Shown: positions 49,376 to 62,169 of the stretch, piece by piece
Position numbering within the stretch: position 1 is the stretch's first letter
Layout: each line of letters starts with the position of its first letter
The notes under the pieces: generated by a model
The model's database searches: none
What the model saw: only the letters and a program-made list of their open reading frames with translations
Told to the model about the DNA's origin: nothing
Assembly: GCA_950097015.1 (NCBI GenBank)
Contig: CATNEN010000007.1
Location: 8,246,001 to 8,310,000, forward strand
Reading direction: 5' to 3'
Source of the DNA: Macrostomum hystrix
Taxonomy: Eukaryota > Animalia > Platyhelminthes
DNA: 64,000 bases
Program-made: the position numbers and the translations under genes

Positions 49376-52300
49376 ATGTCCAATCCGTTGAGCGCCATTC
49401 GAAAGAAGCTGCCGTTCGGAAAACCGAATCCGAATCCGAAGTGAGTCTCATCCGCATTTCATAGCTAAGCGCTTCTCCTTGATTTAAAAGCCCGCTTTAT
49501 AGATACCTGACTAAATTTCAGTCTTATTTTCCTGATCCATACTCCGTAGCAAGAGGGGCCTTCTATAACATTCACTCATGATCCTTCAATATTTAGGCAT
49601 TGTTTTAACACCATAGTGTACACCCGGTCCCTGGACTCGCTGCCTTACCCCCAATGTACACCGGGTCCCTCGATGGACGACCGCTACCTGCCTTACCCCC
49701 AATGTACACCGGGTCCCTCGACCCGCTACCTGCCTTACCCCCAATGTACACCCGGTCCCTCGACCCGCTACTTGCCTTACCCCCAATGTACACCCGGTTC
49801 CTCCATGGACGAACGCTACCTGCCTTCCTACCCCCAATGTACACCCGGTCCCTCGATGGACGACCGCTACCAAAATACTTCGCAATGTTCATCCAGTCTG
49901 TCGTGAAACCTCAAAATGAAAGCACACCGTCTATCTATGTACATGAACTGTACTTTTCTATACACTCTCTAACAGCGAGGAAGGCAACAATGAGGGGAAA
50001 AACATGGCCAAGGAGCCGATGCTCATCGAGGACGGCGGTCGCACCATCGACCCGAGCGGCGCCGGTGGCAGCGGCGGCGACGGTGGCGGCGACAGCGGCG
50101 GAATGCGTGATCCGCTGATGGTGCGGATTCGCCGCAGACTTCAGGCGAGCCGCAAGTCACTGATGGAGCCGGAGAACCTGCTGGTGACATTGACTGTCCT
50201 AGCCGTCCTTCTCGGCATTGTGGTGGGCCTGACCTCGCGTCTAGCCGAGCCCGGCGAGCGAGCCATCATGATCATCGGCTTCCCGGGAGAATTGCTCATG
50301 AACATGCTCAAGATGCTCATCATTCCGCTGATTGTGTCGTCGCTGATCTCAGGTTAGTTGGGGTAATTGTGGGTTCAATATACCTGAGGTGTGGATGGGT
50401 GTGGGATCAATGCACCTGAGGTTGTGGATGGGTGTGGGATCAATGCACCTGAGGTTGTGGATGGGTGTGGGATCAATGCACCTGAGGTTGTGGATGGGTG
50501 TGGGATCAATGCACCTGAGGTTGTGGATGGGTGTGGGATCAATGCACCTGAGGTTGTGGATGGGTGTGGGATCAATATACCTGAGGTTGTGGATGGGTGT
50601 GGGATCAATATACCTGAGGTTGTGGATGGGTGTGGGATCAATATACCTGAGGTTGTGGATGGGTCTGGGTTCCCACTGAAGTGGATTACCAACCTGTCTG
50701 TTGCGTTTCTCTTTAATTTGCCACGAATTTTCTGCGAACCCTGCGAAACAGTTTTTCACTCATGAAATATTTAGCGCATTCCACAGTACAAGTCCGGATG
50801 AGCCAGTTTTTTTACAGCTTGTGGCTTGTGGCGACAAAGGATAGATTAGCCAGTGACTGGTGAGGATTTTGTGCCGGCGCGTCTTCTAGGAAGAATATTT
50901 TTTCTCCGCTGAAAGAAACGGATGGGACTGAGCAGCGGGAAAATACGCGATTTGAGATGATTGAAGACTTGCTGATTTCCTGGAAGCACAGGTTCTTGTT
51001 GGTGTTTAAAACTCATCACATTCAACCCCCTTACAGAGGTTGTAGACTTGTGGTTAGAGCGTTGGACTCACAACTTAATGGTCGGGGGTTCGATTTCTGA
51101 TTCCACTGCAACAATTTTTGTCCTTTAGCAAGACACTTAACTCTGCATTGCTTTAGTTCACCCCGCTTTTCAATGGGTAACAGCAACAACTGGGATAATT
51201 GAGGGTGGGTGTTGCGTCCCCCCAGTCCATGGACTGAAGAGCTGTACGCAGCCTTCAGATGCGCCGCGCAATAGCTGATGCTGTGCTGTCGGCTGCACAT
51301 CTGTCCAAAATGACACATTTGAATTTTAATGAAACTAATTACATGACGAGGCATTATAGAAACTACTCGCGCCGTTTACCCTCCACGCCAGGCTTGTCCA
51401 GTTTAGACGCCAAGTCCTCCGGCAAGATGGGCTCCTGCGCCCTGCTGTACTACTTCTCCACCACCATCGCCGCCGTCATCCTCGGCATCATCCTGGTGAT
51501 CATCATTCATCCGGGCGATCCATCTATCAAGCTTCACGGCGGCGGCGAGAAGGTGACGGCCAGGCGGATGCCCAGCACCTTGGACTCCTTCCTGGACCTG
51601 TTCAGGTGAGCTCAAACCGGTTGATAATGAAAGAATAGAAACAGCTCCCGCTTGCTTAATGTGACTTAAGCACTGCACTGGAGACCTGATATCGTCAGAT
51701 TTAGTTAACCAGTAAACTAGGCCCCAAGCCAAGTACTCACTGTACCGTGTCTCATCTCCCCCGTGTCCCATCTCCCCCGTGTCTCATCTCCCCCGTGTCT
51801 CATCTCCCCCGTGTCCCATCTCCCCTGTGTTCCATCTCCCCCATGTCTCATCTCCCCCGTGTCTCATCTCCCCCGTGTCTCGTCTCCCCCGTGTCTCATC
51901 TCCCCCGTGTCTGATCTCCCCCGTGTCTGATCTCCCCCGTGTCTGATCTCCCCCGTGTCTCATCTCCCCGTGTCTCATCTCCCCTGTGTCTCATCTCCCC
52001 CGTGTCTGATCTCCCCTGTGTCCCATCTCCCCCGTGTCTTATCTCCCCCGTGTCCCATCTCCCCCGTGTCTCATCTCCCCCGTGTCCCATCTCCCCCGTG
52101 TCTCATCTCCCCCGTGTCTCATCTCCCCCGTGTCCCATCTCCCCCGTGTCTCATCTCCCCTGCGTCTCATCTCCCCCGTGTCTTATCTCCCCCGTGTCTG
52201 ATCTCCCCCGTGTCTCATCTCCCCCGTGTCCCATCTCCCCCGTGTCTCATCTCCCCCGTGTCTCATCTCCCCCGTGTCTCACCCCCTGTGTCTCATCTCC

Positions 52301-55300
52301 CCCCGTGTCTCATCTCCCCCGTGTCTCATCTCCCCCGTGTCTCATCTCCCCCGTGTCTCATCTCCCCCGTGTCTCATCTCCCCCGTGTCCCATCTCCCCT
52401 GTGTCTGATCTCCCCCGTGTCTGATCTCCCCCGTGTCTGATCTCCCCCGTGTCTCATCTCCCCCGTGTCTCATCTCCCCTGTGTCTGATCTCCCCCGTGT
52501 CTGATCTCCCCCGTGTCTTATCTTCCCCGTATCTCATATTCATTCCCTGTCTCATCTCTTGTCTATTCTTTTTTATATATTATTTGAACGGATTCTCAAG
52601 AAAGTGACGTTAAAAATCGATGCAACAACCGGCCATAATTGAAGACGCTGAAACGCTTGCGCTTCAGCTATTTCGCATGGCTGCATAAAAGTTAGCTAAT
52701 TTGTGCAAGAATGGATCACTTGCAACTGCAAAGTGCTTTTACAGTATGAATAGGAGTCAGCGTTGCGCTCGTATAAGTGCTTCGAAGTTAAGCAAGCCAG
52801 TCAATTCTACGGCTCACTTTTAACACTTTCGCACCCAATATTTATTTAAAAGTACTGTCATGGCGCACAAACAATGCATAAGCAGCCTTCCACTGGCTAT
52901 TTATGCAGAGATAGCTTCAGGTGTTCCTGGCCCGCACAAGAATAGTTAAACCATGGAACTCTGAATCTAGAACCTGTGAGTGACAACTCGCCGTATGGGC
53001 TGACTGGCCAATGCCTATAGCTAGCAAAAATACACTGGGCAGATAGGAAATTCTAGCGCATCAAAAACACATAACTTCTGTATCTTGCAACCTATTTTCA
53101 TTATGTTTATTTCATTAGAAAGCTGAATAAATTCTCTACATTTTATCTAAAGCAGGGGTCGGCAACCTCCGGCCCGCGGGCCAGATGCGGCCCTCGAAGC
53201 TCCCAAATCCGGCCCTTAGCTCCTCCTAACACCTACTCTACAGTACACCCTATCTCATCTCTCCCCTGTCTTACCTCTCCCCTGTCTCATCTCTCCCCTG
53301 TCTCATCTCTCCCCTGTCTCATCTCTCCCCTGTCTCATCTCTCCCCTGTCTCATCTCTCCCCTGTCTCATCTCTCCCCTGTCTTATCTCTCTCCTGTCTT
53401 ATCTCTCCCCTGTCTCATCTCTCCCCTATCTCATCTCTCCCCTGTCTCATCTCTCCCCTATCTTATCTCTCTCCTGTCTTATCTCTCCCCTGTCTCATCT
53501 CTCCCCTGTCTCACCTCTCTCCTGTCTTATCTCTCCCCTGTCTCACCTCTCCCCTGTCTCATCTCTCCCCTGTCTTATCTCTCTCCTGTCTTATCTCTCC
53601 CCTGTCTCATCTCTCCCCTGTCTCATCTCTCCCCTGTCTTATCTCTCTCCTGTCTTATCTCTCCCCTGTCTCATCTCTCCCCTATCTCATCTCTCCCCTG
53701 TCTCATCTCTCCCCTATCTTATCTCTCTCCTGTCTTATCTCTCCCCTGTCTCATCTCTCCCCTGTCTCACCTCTCTCCTGTCTCATCTCTCCCCTGTCTC
53801 ATCTCTCCCCTGTCTCACCTCTCCCCTGTCTCATCTCTCCCCTGTCTTATCTCTCTCCTGTCTTATCTCTCCCCTGTCTCATCTCTCCCCTGTCTTATCT
53901 CTCCCCTATCTCATCTCTCCCTGTCTTATTTCTCCCCTGTATTATCTCTCCCCTTTTTAATCTCTCCCCTGTCTCATCTCTCCCTGTCTTATCTCTCCCC
54001 TATCTCATCTCTCCCTGTCTTATCTCTCCCCTATCTCATCTCTCCCTGTCTTATCTCTCCCCTGTCTCATCTCTCCCCTTTTTCATCTCTCCCCTGTCTC
54101 ATCTCTCCCTGTATTATCTCTCCCCTGTCTCATCTCTCCCCTTTTTCATCTCTCCCCTGTCTCATCTCTCTTGCGTCTTATCTCCCCCGTCTCATCTCTC
54201 ACCTGTCTGATCTCTCCTGTGTCTCATCCACAGATACTATAATAACTATAATAACAGTTATTATAGTATCTGTGGTCTCATCTCTCTCTCCCCTTTCTTC
54301 ATGCGGCCCGCCGTCGTCTTTAAGATTCTCTCTTTAGCCCGCGGGGTATATAAGGTTGTCGACCCCTGATCTAAAGCATGGCGTCTACCTGTTTTATCTA
54401 CTGAGCTGTGCTTGAATAAAGTTTAATGAAGGCCAAATTGTCATGTTTAGGACAAAAACTCGCAAAGTTACACTGCAGAAAATTTTCTGCTTTCTCGTCA
54501 TTTCGAAAAGTTGAATCGCTTTTTCGATCGGCATTGATGTTTTCTACAGTTTAAGCTACATTTCGCGAAAATCGGGCAATTAATAAAAAGTTTTCTCAAA
54601 GTGGTGCGGTAGGATTTCCTATCTGCCCAGTGTATTTTCAGGAAAGCCAGTCAGCCCATAGTGGTCCGGATAATGGGGATTTGGCGGGAGTTGTCTCTCC
54701 AGATTCAGAGCTCTATGGTTAAACCCACACAAGCCAGAAATAAGTGGAATGATTTGTCCCTGTACCGAGGTCAACTTTGCTTTAATACGTACCCTGACGT
54801 TCCCTGATGGTGGCGGGTCGGCAAAGACGGTCAGTCCAGAAAATATTCATTTCAAGGTCGTCCCGGGCCCACCTGCTCAGTCACCCGTTTCACGGGATTC
54901 CGCGGGGTCAGGAAGAGGGGCCTGTACTAACTCTGCAAATAATACAGTAGCGCGTAACTTCGGGTCATAGCTGGCTGGGTGTTATTAAAGTCAGAAACTT
55001 GCAAAATCGTGTCGTGTTCATTCATAACCGCTAGAATGCTCCCGTCCCCCATCCCGTCTTCTCCGCTGACTGAAAACCGCCGCGGGACGTTGTTGCACTA
55101 TAGCTAGCTAGAAGGCCATCGAGACTTTGAAGACTCCGAAATTGCCTTTCATAGAGTGCCGCTTCCCTAAGTTTGAGTGTCCCAACTCCCCGACCCAATA
55201 TCTAGATGAGACATCAAAGTGGCACTTCCGTGTCCCCTGCCCAGTAAGATTTGGTGCTCAAATTTCACTTGAGAATTCACTTCACAGCCTGTAGCACTTG

Positions 55301-58300
55301 AGAGAACGAAATGAATTCTACGAATCCCCGCTCGCCAATTCCCCCGCCAGGAACATGTTCCCGGAGAACCTGATCGAGGCGTGCTTCAGGCAGACTGCCA
55401 CGGAGACTGTGGACAAGAATGTCACAGTGTTCAATACCACTGTCAATGAGACAGAGTGGCGCATGGAGGAGAGCAGTCGCCTCACAATGCTCTGGTCCAC
55501 CAACGTGCTAGGTTTGTGCGCTCCACTAGCCACCTCACTCCATCTCCAATGCCAACAGCCACCTCACTCCAATGCCTACAGCCACCTCACTCCATCTACA
55601 ATGCCTACAGCGACCTCAATACAATGCCGATAGCCTCATTACTCCAATGCCTATAGCCACCTCACTCCAATGCCTACAGCCACCTCACTCCAATGCCTAT
55701 AGCCACCTCACTCCAATGCCTATTGCCACCTCACTCCAATGCCTTTTGCCACCTCACTCCAATGCCTACAGCCACCTCACTCCAATGCCTACAGCCACCT
55801 TACTCCAATGCTTGCAGCCACCTCACTCCAATGCCTACAGCCACCTCACTCCAATGCCTACAGCCACCTTACTCCAATGCTTGCAGCCACCTCACTCAAA
55901 TGCCTACAGCCACCTCACTCCAAGTCCTGCACTTACCTCAATAAATTTTTACAAACACCTCACTTTGCTTTCAACAGTCACCTGGCTTCCAACAACAACC
56001 AATGCTAAAATTTACACAGATCCAATTTTATATAAGAGTCATCTAAACTTTACCCTAACCGCGCAGGCCTTGTGTCCTTCTCAATCTTCTTCGGCCTGAT
56101 CATTGGCCAGATGGGCGATCAGGCCATTCTAATGGTACAGTTCTTCAACATTATGAACGAGATTGTCATGCGCATGGTCAAGATCATCATGTGGTAAGTT
56201 GCGCCAGTTCGGTCTTGGCAGGCAGTTGCATTTTCTTAGGATTTAACGCTTGGCTTCGAATGGATAGAAACCTAGCAACTCGTCAATCTCAGGGAATTAG
56301 GCGAACGTGCGAACGTGAAAATTTGGGGATCAATCCTGCACTTCAGCTTTCAGATTTTCTTGAAATCGTGAGAATCAGATTAATGGTTTGGCTGTCCATC
56401 CAAGTCTGCTACAGATACTAGACACAAACTCGTACTTTCGGACAGAAATTCTATTTGTGCAACTCCATATCTGAGGCCTTTCCAAGTCCCTAAATACCTC
56501 CATTTTTAAAGACTGACAATCAACTTCAAGCAGTCCTTCTAAGAAAGTCAAACTTCTACAACTTCATTCACTTTCGTTGGTGTGGCTACTCGTCATTTGA
56601 AGCAGCAATCAGGAGCAATCTGTCAATAATCTTTGTCCGCGGTCACACCTCTGTTTCCTTCCTCAATATACAAACGTGAGGAGTCGGCCTTGTCACCCAC
56701 CTCACTCCGCTTCATTTCCATCCCCAATATATGTACACTGAGAAGTCGGCCTTGTCACCCACCTCACTCCGCTTCATTTCCTTCCCCAATATATGTACAC
56801 TGAGAAGTCGGCCTTGTCACCCACCTCACTCCGCTTCATTTCCTTCCCCAATATATGTACACTGAGAAGTCGGCCTTGTCACCCACCTCACTCCGCTTTA
56901 TTTATTTTCTCGCTGTAGTATTTACTTCAACTTAAAAACTGCTTTATCTTGACTGCAAGAAAATGAGCACTTTCAAACGCCACCGCAGGTACTCGCCCAT
57001 CGGTATCTTCTTCTTAATCGTGAGCAAGATCCTTCTGATCAAGAACCTGATCAGCACAGCTCAGAGCCTCGGCCTGTACATGCTGACCGTGATCCTGGGC
57101 CTCATCATCCACTCCTGCGGCACGCTGGCAATCTCCTTCTTCCTGCTGACCCGGCGCAACCCCATCGTGTTCTTCCGCGGCATCTTCCAGGCCTGGATCA
57201 CCGCGTTGGGCACCGCCTCCTCCGCCGCCACCCTGCCCATCACCTTCCGTTGCCTGGAGGAGAACAACGGCATCGACAAGCGCGTCACCCGCTTCGTGCT
57301 GCCCATTGGAGCCACCGTCAACATGGACGGCACCGCCCTGTACGAGGCCGTGGCTAGCATCTTCATCTCCCAAGTGAATGCCTTCCGGCTCAGCTTCACG
57401 CAGATCGTTGTTGTAAGGTGAGATCCACCCGCATGCATGAAGCGCTGTTTTATAAAAATATTGCCAGGACCTCCTCGACCCAATCCAAATCCATTCCCAA
57501 TCCGCAGCTTCACCGCCACCTTGGCTGCCATCGGAGCCGCCAGCGTGCCCAGCGCCGGCCTCGTCACAATGATCTTGGTTCTGTCCGCTGTGGGCCTGCC
57601 CACTGATGACATCTCGCTAATTCTGGCCGTCGACTGGCTTCTGTGAGTTTCCGTCAGATGCGGGAGTGTTGGTGTCAGATGCGGGAGTGTTGGTGTCAGA
57701 TGCGGGAGTGTTGGTGTCAGATGCGGGAGTGTTGGTGTCAGATACGGGAGTGTTGGTGTCAGATGCGGGAGTGTTGGTGTCAGTTGCGGGAGTGTTGGTG
57801 TCAGTTGCGGGAGTGTTGGTGTCAGTTGCGGGAGTGTTGGTGTCAGATGCGGGAGTGTTGGTATCATCAAAGTTTTCAAGAGACCCTTATGACTAACAGG
57901 TAATGGTATGTCCAGGAGTAGTCTAATTATAGCTAAGTACATCGCGCGGTAAAAGCAGACCCAGCATAGACTGAGCTAAAGTTCAGCAGCTGCTACATCA
58001 TCAAATAAATCACTTCGCAATGATGCCGTTTCCGACGTTGCTACAGCTAGTAGCTCCCCCTTGTTGCGAGGCAACGGAAAATAAAATAAACGCCATTAAG
58101 AATTGCTGCTGCAATGATTGAAGTGCGGTGAGCAGGGCGGATACCATGGAGGGCAGCGCAAGTGAGCAGTGGGTCATTTCCTGACTCAAAGCTCGGCAGC
58201 ATCTGCTCCGGCCTCGGAATTTGGGCTTCAATCATCAGCCCTGTACGAATGCGAAATTTCAAATATTTTTGGCCGGCCGGAGACTATTTTATCTCGCACA

Positions 58301-59351
58301 CAGCCGCCACATTGGACAGCAGGAATGCCCAGGTCATACCTGCAAACACAGGTGCGTGTTCGAGGTCAAGTTTTACGAGCTTGTGCTTCACAAAGAAGCT
58401 TTTCGAACAGTGAAGATCGGGTTAAATGATTGGCAACTGTCTTCTTCCGCTCCAATTGGCGAACCGGGCAGTCTTTGCCAGTCTCTTTGACTCTGCTGAC
58501 ACTCGGGGCAGCAGTTGCGGAAAGGCCTGAGATTGAAGAGAGCTGCAAGCAGATTGGGTGTGGCACAGCCCAGCTGCTGTCGCATTTCATTAGCTATCGC
58601 CAGTTGCTGCCGCGTTGAGTCAGCCTGACATCGGAGAGCTGGTCACAGCCAGCCTGCGGTGGGGGGAGGAACTGCAGCACCTGCTGAGAGAGTCTCGCGG
58701 TGTCAAGGCAAAGGAAGTGCAGCAAATACAGAGAGTGAAATGTGTAAAGCAACTCCGGAGCAAACTCGACAACATCCGCCCAACAGCTCGGGCGGCACCT
58801 CCGGGGACTTTACTGTCGATGTCAATTCTGAGCACTTGTGTGTTTTTTCAGTTTTCTTCTCCATCCTGGCATCCTGAAATGGATTTCGCATGCCACAGTT
58901 TCCTAATTCTAAGAAGCTAGTACAGTTGATTGATTAGATTAGCTGATTTTTACACAGCCTATAAGCGTTTACTGCATGTTTGTGCCTTCACCAGGGGGTG
59001 GTTGGCGCCTAGTTACCTTGGTCCCTTCACCTGCCGCCCTACAGGGACCGGATGCGCACCTCGATCAACGTAGTCGGCGACGCTTTCGGCGCCGGCATTG
59101 TGGACCATTTCTGCAAGCTGGAGCTGCAGAAGCAGGACGCCGAGGCCGCCGCCCAGGCCAAGGAGGCCATGGAGACAGGCGGCGGTGGGGACGGCCGACC
59201 GCGCCGGCTGAGCGTGGCCGCGGCTCTGCAAGTGTCCGACCAGAGAGGTTTGTTCCCGCAGATTCATGTCACCGAGGTGCACACGCACAGCTGCCAGAAT
59301 TCGCCAAGGGGCTCCTGCAATGAACTCAGAGTGGAGACGCCCACCTATTGA
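49376..59351 (+). CDS. SLC1A2: Excitatory amino acid transporter (SLC1A family, EAAT2/GLT-1-like); exons 49376-49440, 49976-50352, 51392-51605, 55351-55511, 56067-56193, 56989-57417, 57508-57642, 59045-59351
   Basis: [131 protein letters not shown] (Arg typical of acidic-substrate EAATs); in-phase junctions; exact paralog uncertain. Confidence 0.95.
49615..49872. repeat. 39-45-bp tandem repeat in EAAT intron 1
   Basis: Repeated CCCCAATGTACACC.GGTCCCTCGA...CCGCTACCTGCCTTA. Confidence 0.88.
50383..50665. repeat. 33-bp minisatellite (CCTGAGGTTGTGGATGGGTGTGGGATCAATGCA) in EAAT intron 2
   Basis: About 8.5 copies starting 30 bp after the donor. Confidence 0.94.
51037..51190 (+). mobile_element. 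Second tRNA-derived SINE with a CORE-like central domain
   Basis: TTGTGGTTAGAGCG...GGGTTCGATT head followed by GTCCTTTAGCAAGACACTTAACTC...AATGGGTA, resembling the CORE motif CCTTGGGCAAGTCACTTAACC. Confidence 0.65.
51745..52560. repeat. 16-bp pyrimidine-rich minisatellite (GTCTCATCTCCCCCGT) in EAAT intron 3
   Basis: Tandem array. Confidence 0.95.
52951..54718. mobile_element. Outer TIR DNA element (non-autonomous, unclassified), interrupted by a hAT MITE
   Basis: Imperfect ~110-bp inverted termini: CCATGGAACTCTGAATCT..TATGGGCTGACTGGC..AAAATACACTGGGCAGATAGGAAAT versus ATTTCCTATCTGCCCAGTGTATTTT..GCCAGTCAGCCCATA..AGATTCAGAGCTCTATGG; TTAAA on both flanks. Confidence 0.8.
53153..54368. mobile_element. 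hAT (Charlie-type) MITE carrying a 16-bp minisatellite (TCTCATCTCTCCCCTG)
   Basis: TIRs CAGGGGTCGGCAACC / GGTTGTCGACCCCTG, subterminal GGCCCGCGGG motifs, 8-bp TSD ATCTAAAG (53145-53152 and 54369-54376). Confidence 0.92.
55528..55925. repeat. 23-bp minisatellite (CCACCTCACTCCAATGCCTACAG) in EAAT intron 4
   Basis: Starts about 15 bp after the donor. Confidence 0.93.
56683..56900. repeat. ~63-bp tandem repeat x3.5 in EAAT intron 5
   Basis: GTCGGCCTTGTCACCCACCTCACTCCGCTTCATTTCC..CCCCAATATATGTACACTGAGAA. Confidence 0.9.
57653..57862. repeat. 21-bp minisatellite x10 (GTCAGATGCGGGAGTGTTGGT) in EAAT intron 7
   Basis: Starts 10 bp after the donor. Confidence 0.95.
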
Positions 59352-61562
59352 AATCAGTGGAATGGCGAAGGAGAAAGTCACGCAGATTGGGAATAGATAG
59401 TGTTTTTTGTTTTAACTATTGAGCGAGCAGTTGAATTCAATAACTTTGTCTAGTCAAGCTTTTTTATCTCTCTTAGACGTCTTAGAATTTCTAGATTCGT
59501 GTGTCATTCGATTTGTGATTGTCTCGCGAAAGAATGTACATTTTAATATGTACATGGCAGTCGACGCGATTTATCTCTAACATTTATTGCCTAAACCAAA
59601 CACCAAACACCCACCTCACGCCGCACCCGGGGCTCCCTAGCTGAAGCTAGAATGTGTGAATGTACATAGCCTCCTCCCCGAGAATGTACGTTTCTATGCC
59701 GTTTCACCTTCACATCCACCTCACGCCACTCTTATCTGTCGCTTCCGCCAGAGTTTTCTTGACAAAGTCCATCGTTCCGATGCACTTCCAGGAAATAATC
59801 CGACTTAGCAATGCCCTTACGTCTCAGAGACCATGCCTTGGGTGATTTTTTAGAAAACCTTAATACACTTTTAAGGGCCTCGCTTGTGTTGGTCGCAACT
59901 TTAAGCTATCAGAATGAGTGTGTGCGAATTGTCAGACCTTGGTATTTGGCCTGACCTCGTGTTTTGACCTGTTTGTCATTGCATAATGCTTTATGGAACC
60001 CTATGCTGTCAGAAACACCCGTGTCTTACACCATACAACAATTCTTTCTGTTGATCCTTCCGAGAGCTGTTCAATCGTGATGCGAATGCTACTGCACTTA
60101 TTCCAGATGACCTCAAGACTACAGCTTTGGGAATTTTCCAAGTCTAAATCTGAATGGAAAAAACCCAGTTCTAGACCTTAATTTAATACACAAGTATTGC
60201 TATCTAGCTTCAATTCAACAATTAGGACACCTCGAACTGACTGACAATGGCCAGTTGCAAATCTTTTATTTTGATCTGGACCAGCTGCGGTCGATTGTTT
60301 ATATTATACTGTTCAATATTGAAGGACTAGGCACGGTTTGACAGCCCAGTCAGTTGACAGCTGCCAGCTCTCTCGCTAGAAGCAGTTTAAAATGAGCGCC
60401 GCTTCTGACAGATCTGATTCAAGTGCCAGCCGGGCGCCCTCATTGCTGTTCGGGCCGAGCAGAAGTCTCAGGTAGCTTGGGCTGTGTAACCAGCTGCCCT
60501 CACCGGTGAACCCCCCGCCCCAACTCCAGGGTCGGCGCATCAGCTGTGGGAAAGGCAGGCAAACAAAAATTTGTGGTTATATCGGCCAGCTCTGGCCTCA
60601 AATTTTGCTGAGGGCTTTTGCGGGGGTCAGCAAACTTGGGAAGGCAATGGGAAATTCGCATGGTTTCCCTACACCTCCCTTGGTTCAAGTAGGTCGCACG
60701 CATATTCTAAGCCCTCGCTTTCAAATGAGCGCGTGAGCTCCCCCCCCTGGACAACTGCAGTCCAACTCACAATGCTTAATTCCTCTGATTCCAGAAAGAT
60801 CCCAGAGCGGAAGAAGAAATGCGAAAGTAAACACCGTTGCTGTCCTCTCGCTTTTCCCCTTATTTTATTCTCTTTTATAAGTCAAAGCTCCCCGTCCTGA
60901 GTAGCTTAGCTGTCAATCAGTCAGTTTGAGTCCTGCCTTCAATCCTCCACTACTCCAGATACTGAAGTGTGAATCATTTCTAACGCGCAGGTGGTTTAAT
61001 GCTAAAATGCAATGAGAGCAAATGACTATGTTATGATTTTTCAGCGCAGCCGCACTTGCAGCCGGATCTATGAAACAATTTCAGAAAGGAACGCAGCAGT
61101 ATCATATGCTCTAGCTTAATATACATTCAGTTGATGATTTATAGGTTTGGCTGGGCCCAGTTCACAAGCTTTCGATACTGCGAGTATACACATGAACTGA
61201 AGGTTAACAGATATTTGGTCTAAAGCAAACTCACCTGATAAGTAATTTTGTTGTGCTCCAAAACATGCCAGCTGTCTTAGTTTGTGTCTCAGGTTTGTGT
61301 ACATTATTTACACCTGTAAATAGCGCAGTTGTTTTGCACTGGAAATGCATATTTAGAGTTTTATACTGTTTCTGCGCATCAGCCACCTGTCCTGTATCAG
61401 CCCCGATTGCTACTGTTGAAAGCTTACGGGACTGAAACTGGGTCCCGAAAATCTGGTTCGCGGAGTTGCTTGTTTCACCGAGAAAGTTTAGTTATCTAGA
61501 ATTGTAATAAGCAGCATGAGCTAGAATCGAATTAAACACTGCAGGATGCAGCAGGAGACGAG

Positions 61563-61975
61563 TGGAGAATCGCAGCAGGAGTAGAATAGAGAATCGCAGC
61601 AGGAGTAGAATAGAGAATCGCAGCAGGAGTAGAATAGAGAATCGCAGCAGGAGTAGAATAGAGAATCGCAGCAGGAGTAGAATAGAGAATCGCAGCAGGA
61701 ATCGAGTAGAGAATCGCAGCAGGAGTAGAATAGAGAACCGCAGCAGGAGTAGAATAGAGAACCGCAGCAGGAGTAGAATAGAGAACCGCAGCAGGAGTAG
61801 AATAGAGAATCGCAGCAGGAGTAGAATAGAGAATCGCAGCAGGAGTAGAATAGAGAACCGCAGCAGGAGTAGAATAGAGAATCGCAGCAGGAGTAGAATA
61901 GAGAACCGCAGCAGGAGTAGAATAGAGAATCGCAGCAGGAGTATAATAGAGAATCGCAGCAGGAGTCAAATATAG
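61563..61975. repeat. 24-bp minisatellite (AGAATAGAGAATCGCAGCAGGAGT)
   Basis: About 17 copies. Confidence 0.95.
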
Positions 61976-62169
61976 AACATTTCAGCTCATATTCTACGAG
62001 CTATAATTTTGTCGCACAGACAATCGGGTTTTTTAACTCGCCAAGTCTTTAACCACATACATTGCGCATCACTAAAGTCCATTTTAAAGCACGTTTACAA
62101 TTATTCGTCTGTGTGTTAGTACTCACCTGTAGCTTTTATGCAAAAAACCTGCGCACAGTTTGCTTAACT

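Noticed and set aside
58010-58920. Possible nested gene in EAAT intron 7
   Set aside because: Only short ORFs with no recognisable homology or consistent exon structure
61532-61975. RS-repeat (SR protein-like) ORF
   Set aside because: Translation of a 24-bp minisatellite; no RRM or flanking exons
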